Origin: Buchnera aphidicola (Neophyllaphis podocarpi)
Lineage (GTDB): Bacteria > Pseudomonadota > Gammaproteobacteria > Enterobacterales > Enterobacteriaceae
Length of the DNA: 32,000 nt
NCBI RefSeq assembly: GCF_964059055.1
Contig: NZ_OZ060386.1
Coordinates: 390,001 to 422,000, forward strand
Direction: 5' to 3'
This document shows, piece by piece, positions 30,141 to 32,000 of this stretch (position 1 is the stretch's first letter; every line of letters starts with the position of its first letter). The translations under genes were made by a program, and so were the position numbers. Below the pieces are notes generated by a model that ran no database searches, was not told where the DNA came from, and saw nothing but the letters and a program-made list of their open reading frames with translations.

Positions 30141-31132
30141 ATGACAAATTATATAAATAGCATAGAATTTTATAAAAACGCTTTTTTTAAAAAAAATTTT
30201 TATTTTTTAATAGGTAATGAAACTAAAGTTACGCAGGAAATCACAGAAAAAATAATTTTAAATTGTAACAAAAAAAATTTTAACAAAATTAAAAACTTCT
30301 ATGTAGAAGATCATAAAATTTTTAATAAAATATTTTATAAAATTCATGAACAAGATTTTTTAGAAAAAAAACAAATTATAATAATCAAAACTGATATAAA
30401 GTCATTTAGCATAAAGATAAAAAAAAAATTCAACACTTAGTATCAATAAAAAATAAAAACATAATATGTATTATTTTTTTTGAAAAAAATATATTAAATA
30501 ATAAAAATTATTTAGAAATGTTAAAAACAAATCAAGACATAGTTTTTATAAAATGCAATAAACCCAAAATAAACGAATTATATGAATGGATTAAATTTAA
30601 ATCTAAAAAACTAAAAATAAAAATTAGCAAGATAAATCATGAGTTAATAATAAAAAATTATATAGATAACTTTACAGGTTTAATTAATTTTATAAATATA
30701 ATATCTCTTATATGGCCAAATAAAAAAATAAATAGAAAAAAAATTCAACAAATTATAGAATGTGAAAATAGATTTACATACTCACAATGGATTAATTATA
30801 TTATTAAAGGAAACCAAGAAAAAACTATAAAAATTCTACAATATTTTAAAATACAAAATTATAGTCCGGTAATATTAATTAGAGTATTACAAAATTTTAT
30901 ATTAAATATTATAAATTTAAAAAGAAAAACTAAATATTGTATTTATGAAAATTATTTAAACAAAAATATTTTAACAAAAAATAATAATTTAGAAGAAAAA
31001 TCAAAAAAAATAAATAATAAAAAATTATATAATTCAATAAAATTAATAAGTTTAATAGAATTAAAAATCAAAAGAAATTTTAAGAAAAATGTTTGGTTAG
31101 AACTAATTAATTTATCATTAACATTATGTTAA
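30141..31132 (+). CDS. holA: DNA polymerase III delta subunit, reading frame interrupted at an A10 tract
   Basis: ORFs 30141-30440 and 30518-31132 are one gene. The N-terminal FYFLIGNETKVTQE resembles E. coli YLLLGNDPLLLQE. The frame one base back is open from the A tract through 30518 (KKKIQHLVSIKNKNIICIIFFEKNILNNKNYLEMLKT...). The C-terminal VWLELINLSLTLC resembles VWAELEGLSLLLC. Length plus 1 nt gives 331 codons. Confidence 0.85.
30419..30428 (+). repeat. A10 homopolymer at the holA frameshift point
   Basis: Counted directly: aag at AAAAAAAAAA ttc. With 11 A the frame reads IKIKKKIQHLVS. Confidence 0.95.
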
Positions 31133-31139
31133 TAACTAA

Positions 31140-31793
31140 ATGAAAATTATGAAAAAAAATACTTTAAATATAATTTTAGGAGGAACTTTTGATCCTATTC
31201 ACTATGGTCATTTAAATATATCAAAAACATTAGCAAAAGAACTACAATCAAAGAAAATAACTTTAATACCCAATAAAAAATCATTAAATAAAATTAAGTC
31301 TACTGCATCTATAAAACATAGATTAAAAATGATTAAATTAGCTATAAAAAATAATAAAATGTTTAATTTAAATTATTTAGAAATAAAGTCAAATAATACA
31401 TTTTATACTATAGATACATTAAAAAAAATAAGAAAAGAAATAGGTTATAAAAAATCTTTAGCTTTTATAATTGGAGAAGATAATTTAATTGAATTATATA
31501 AATGGCATAAATGGAAAAAAATATTGAAAATAAGTCATTTAATAGTTTATAGAAGAAAAATTATTAATAAAAAAAATAAAATTTTTTTTGAAAAAAAAAT
31601 AACTCCTTATATAACAAATAAAAAAAATATGCTAACTAATCATGCGTTTGGATTAATATTTATATCTAATGCCCCTTTTATTAATTTATCTTCAACACAA
31701 ATAAGAAAAAATATAAAAGAAGGCATATCATGCAATAACATGCTACCTAAAAAAGTATTAAATTACATTAATAAAAAAAATATATATTTCTAA
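31140..31793 (+). CDS. nadD: nicotinate-nucleotide adenylyltransferase
   Basis: 217 aa. The nucleotidyltransferase motif GGTFDPIHYGH, and the ISSTxIR-like LSSTQIRK near the C-terminus. holA-nadD adjacency. Confidence 0.92.
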   Translation: MKIMKKNTLNIILGGTFDPIHYGHLNISKTLAKELQSKKITLIPNKKSLNKIKSTASIKHRLKMIKLAIKNNKMFNLNYLEIKSNNTFYTIDTLKKIRKEIGYKKSLAFIIGEDNLIELYKWHKWKKILKISHLIVYRRKIINKKNKIFFEKKITPYITNKKNMLTNHAFGLIFISNAPFINLSSTQIRKNIKEGISCNNMLPKKVLNYINKKNIYF

Positions 31794-32000
31794 AATATAA
31801 AATTAATATAAAAAATTAAAATATTTAACCTTATAAGACTAAGATATATAGAAATATTAATAATAATTAAAAATATTATAAATATAAACGTTAATTTATT
31901 ATGATAATTACTAATAATTTAATTAATAAAAAGAAATTATATAATTATATAAAATAATTATATTAATATAGGAGTTAAGTTTTATTTTAAATATATTTAA

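Noticed and set aside
30441-30517. An apparent intergenic spacer between two small hypothetical ORFs (99 aa and 204 aa).
   Set aside because: It is open in the downstream frame and aligns with the middle of HolA, so it is coding sequence of a frameshifted holA.
31970-31974. AGGAG near the right edge as the SD of the next gene.
   Set aside because: No ATG, GTG or TTG occurs in the remaining 26 nt, so the spacing would be too long. The next gene cannot be evaluated within the window.

Overview
This is a gene-dense (about 90% coding), extremely A+T-rich segment (roughly 80% A+T by eye, not computed). Gene content and local gene order match a reduced-genome gammaproteobacterial (Enterobacterales-derived) obligate insect endosymbiont of the Buchnera/Wigglesworthia/Blochmannia kind. 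The organism cannot be named without a database search. All 28 substantial ORFs fall in well-known housekeeping families: gshA (5'-truncated by the window edge), endA, rsmE, ygfA, rpiA, glnS, pyrG, eno, ispF, ispD, ftsB, polA, engB, typA, gmk, ygfZ, prfB, lysS, lysA, lgt, thyA, miaB, ybeY, corC, leuS, lptE, holA, nadD. There is also a three-gene tRNA operon (Met-Leu-Gln, minus strand). Most blocks are collinear with E. coli operons as I recall them, with intervening genes deleted. I find no mobile element, CRISPR array, prophage, toxin or defence cassette, or cluster of orphan ORFs, so I do not see a novel multi-gene system here. Five things are unusual. (1) polA, ybeY and holA are each broken by a frameshift exactly inside an A10 tract. 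All three need the same correction (one extra A in the mRNA, or a -1 ribosomal slip), while five other A10/A11 tracts in the window are in frame. (2) The PolA 3'-5' proofreading motifs look degenerate, although the polymerase and 5'-nuclease motifs are intact. (3) prfB is one uninterrupted ORF without the classical programmed +1 frameshift, and its extended C-terminus runs 29 nt into lysS. (4) A 22-bp hairpin sits just upstream of leuS at a deletion junction, and a 15-bp G/C-containing inverted repeat lies between typA and gmk. (5) The positions that hold 6S RNA, Spot 42, ybeZ, lnt and gshB in E. coli are collapsed. All homology statements are by-eye comparisons with reference sequences recalled from memory. 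No searches, tRNA scans or folding calculations were run.
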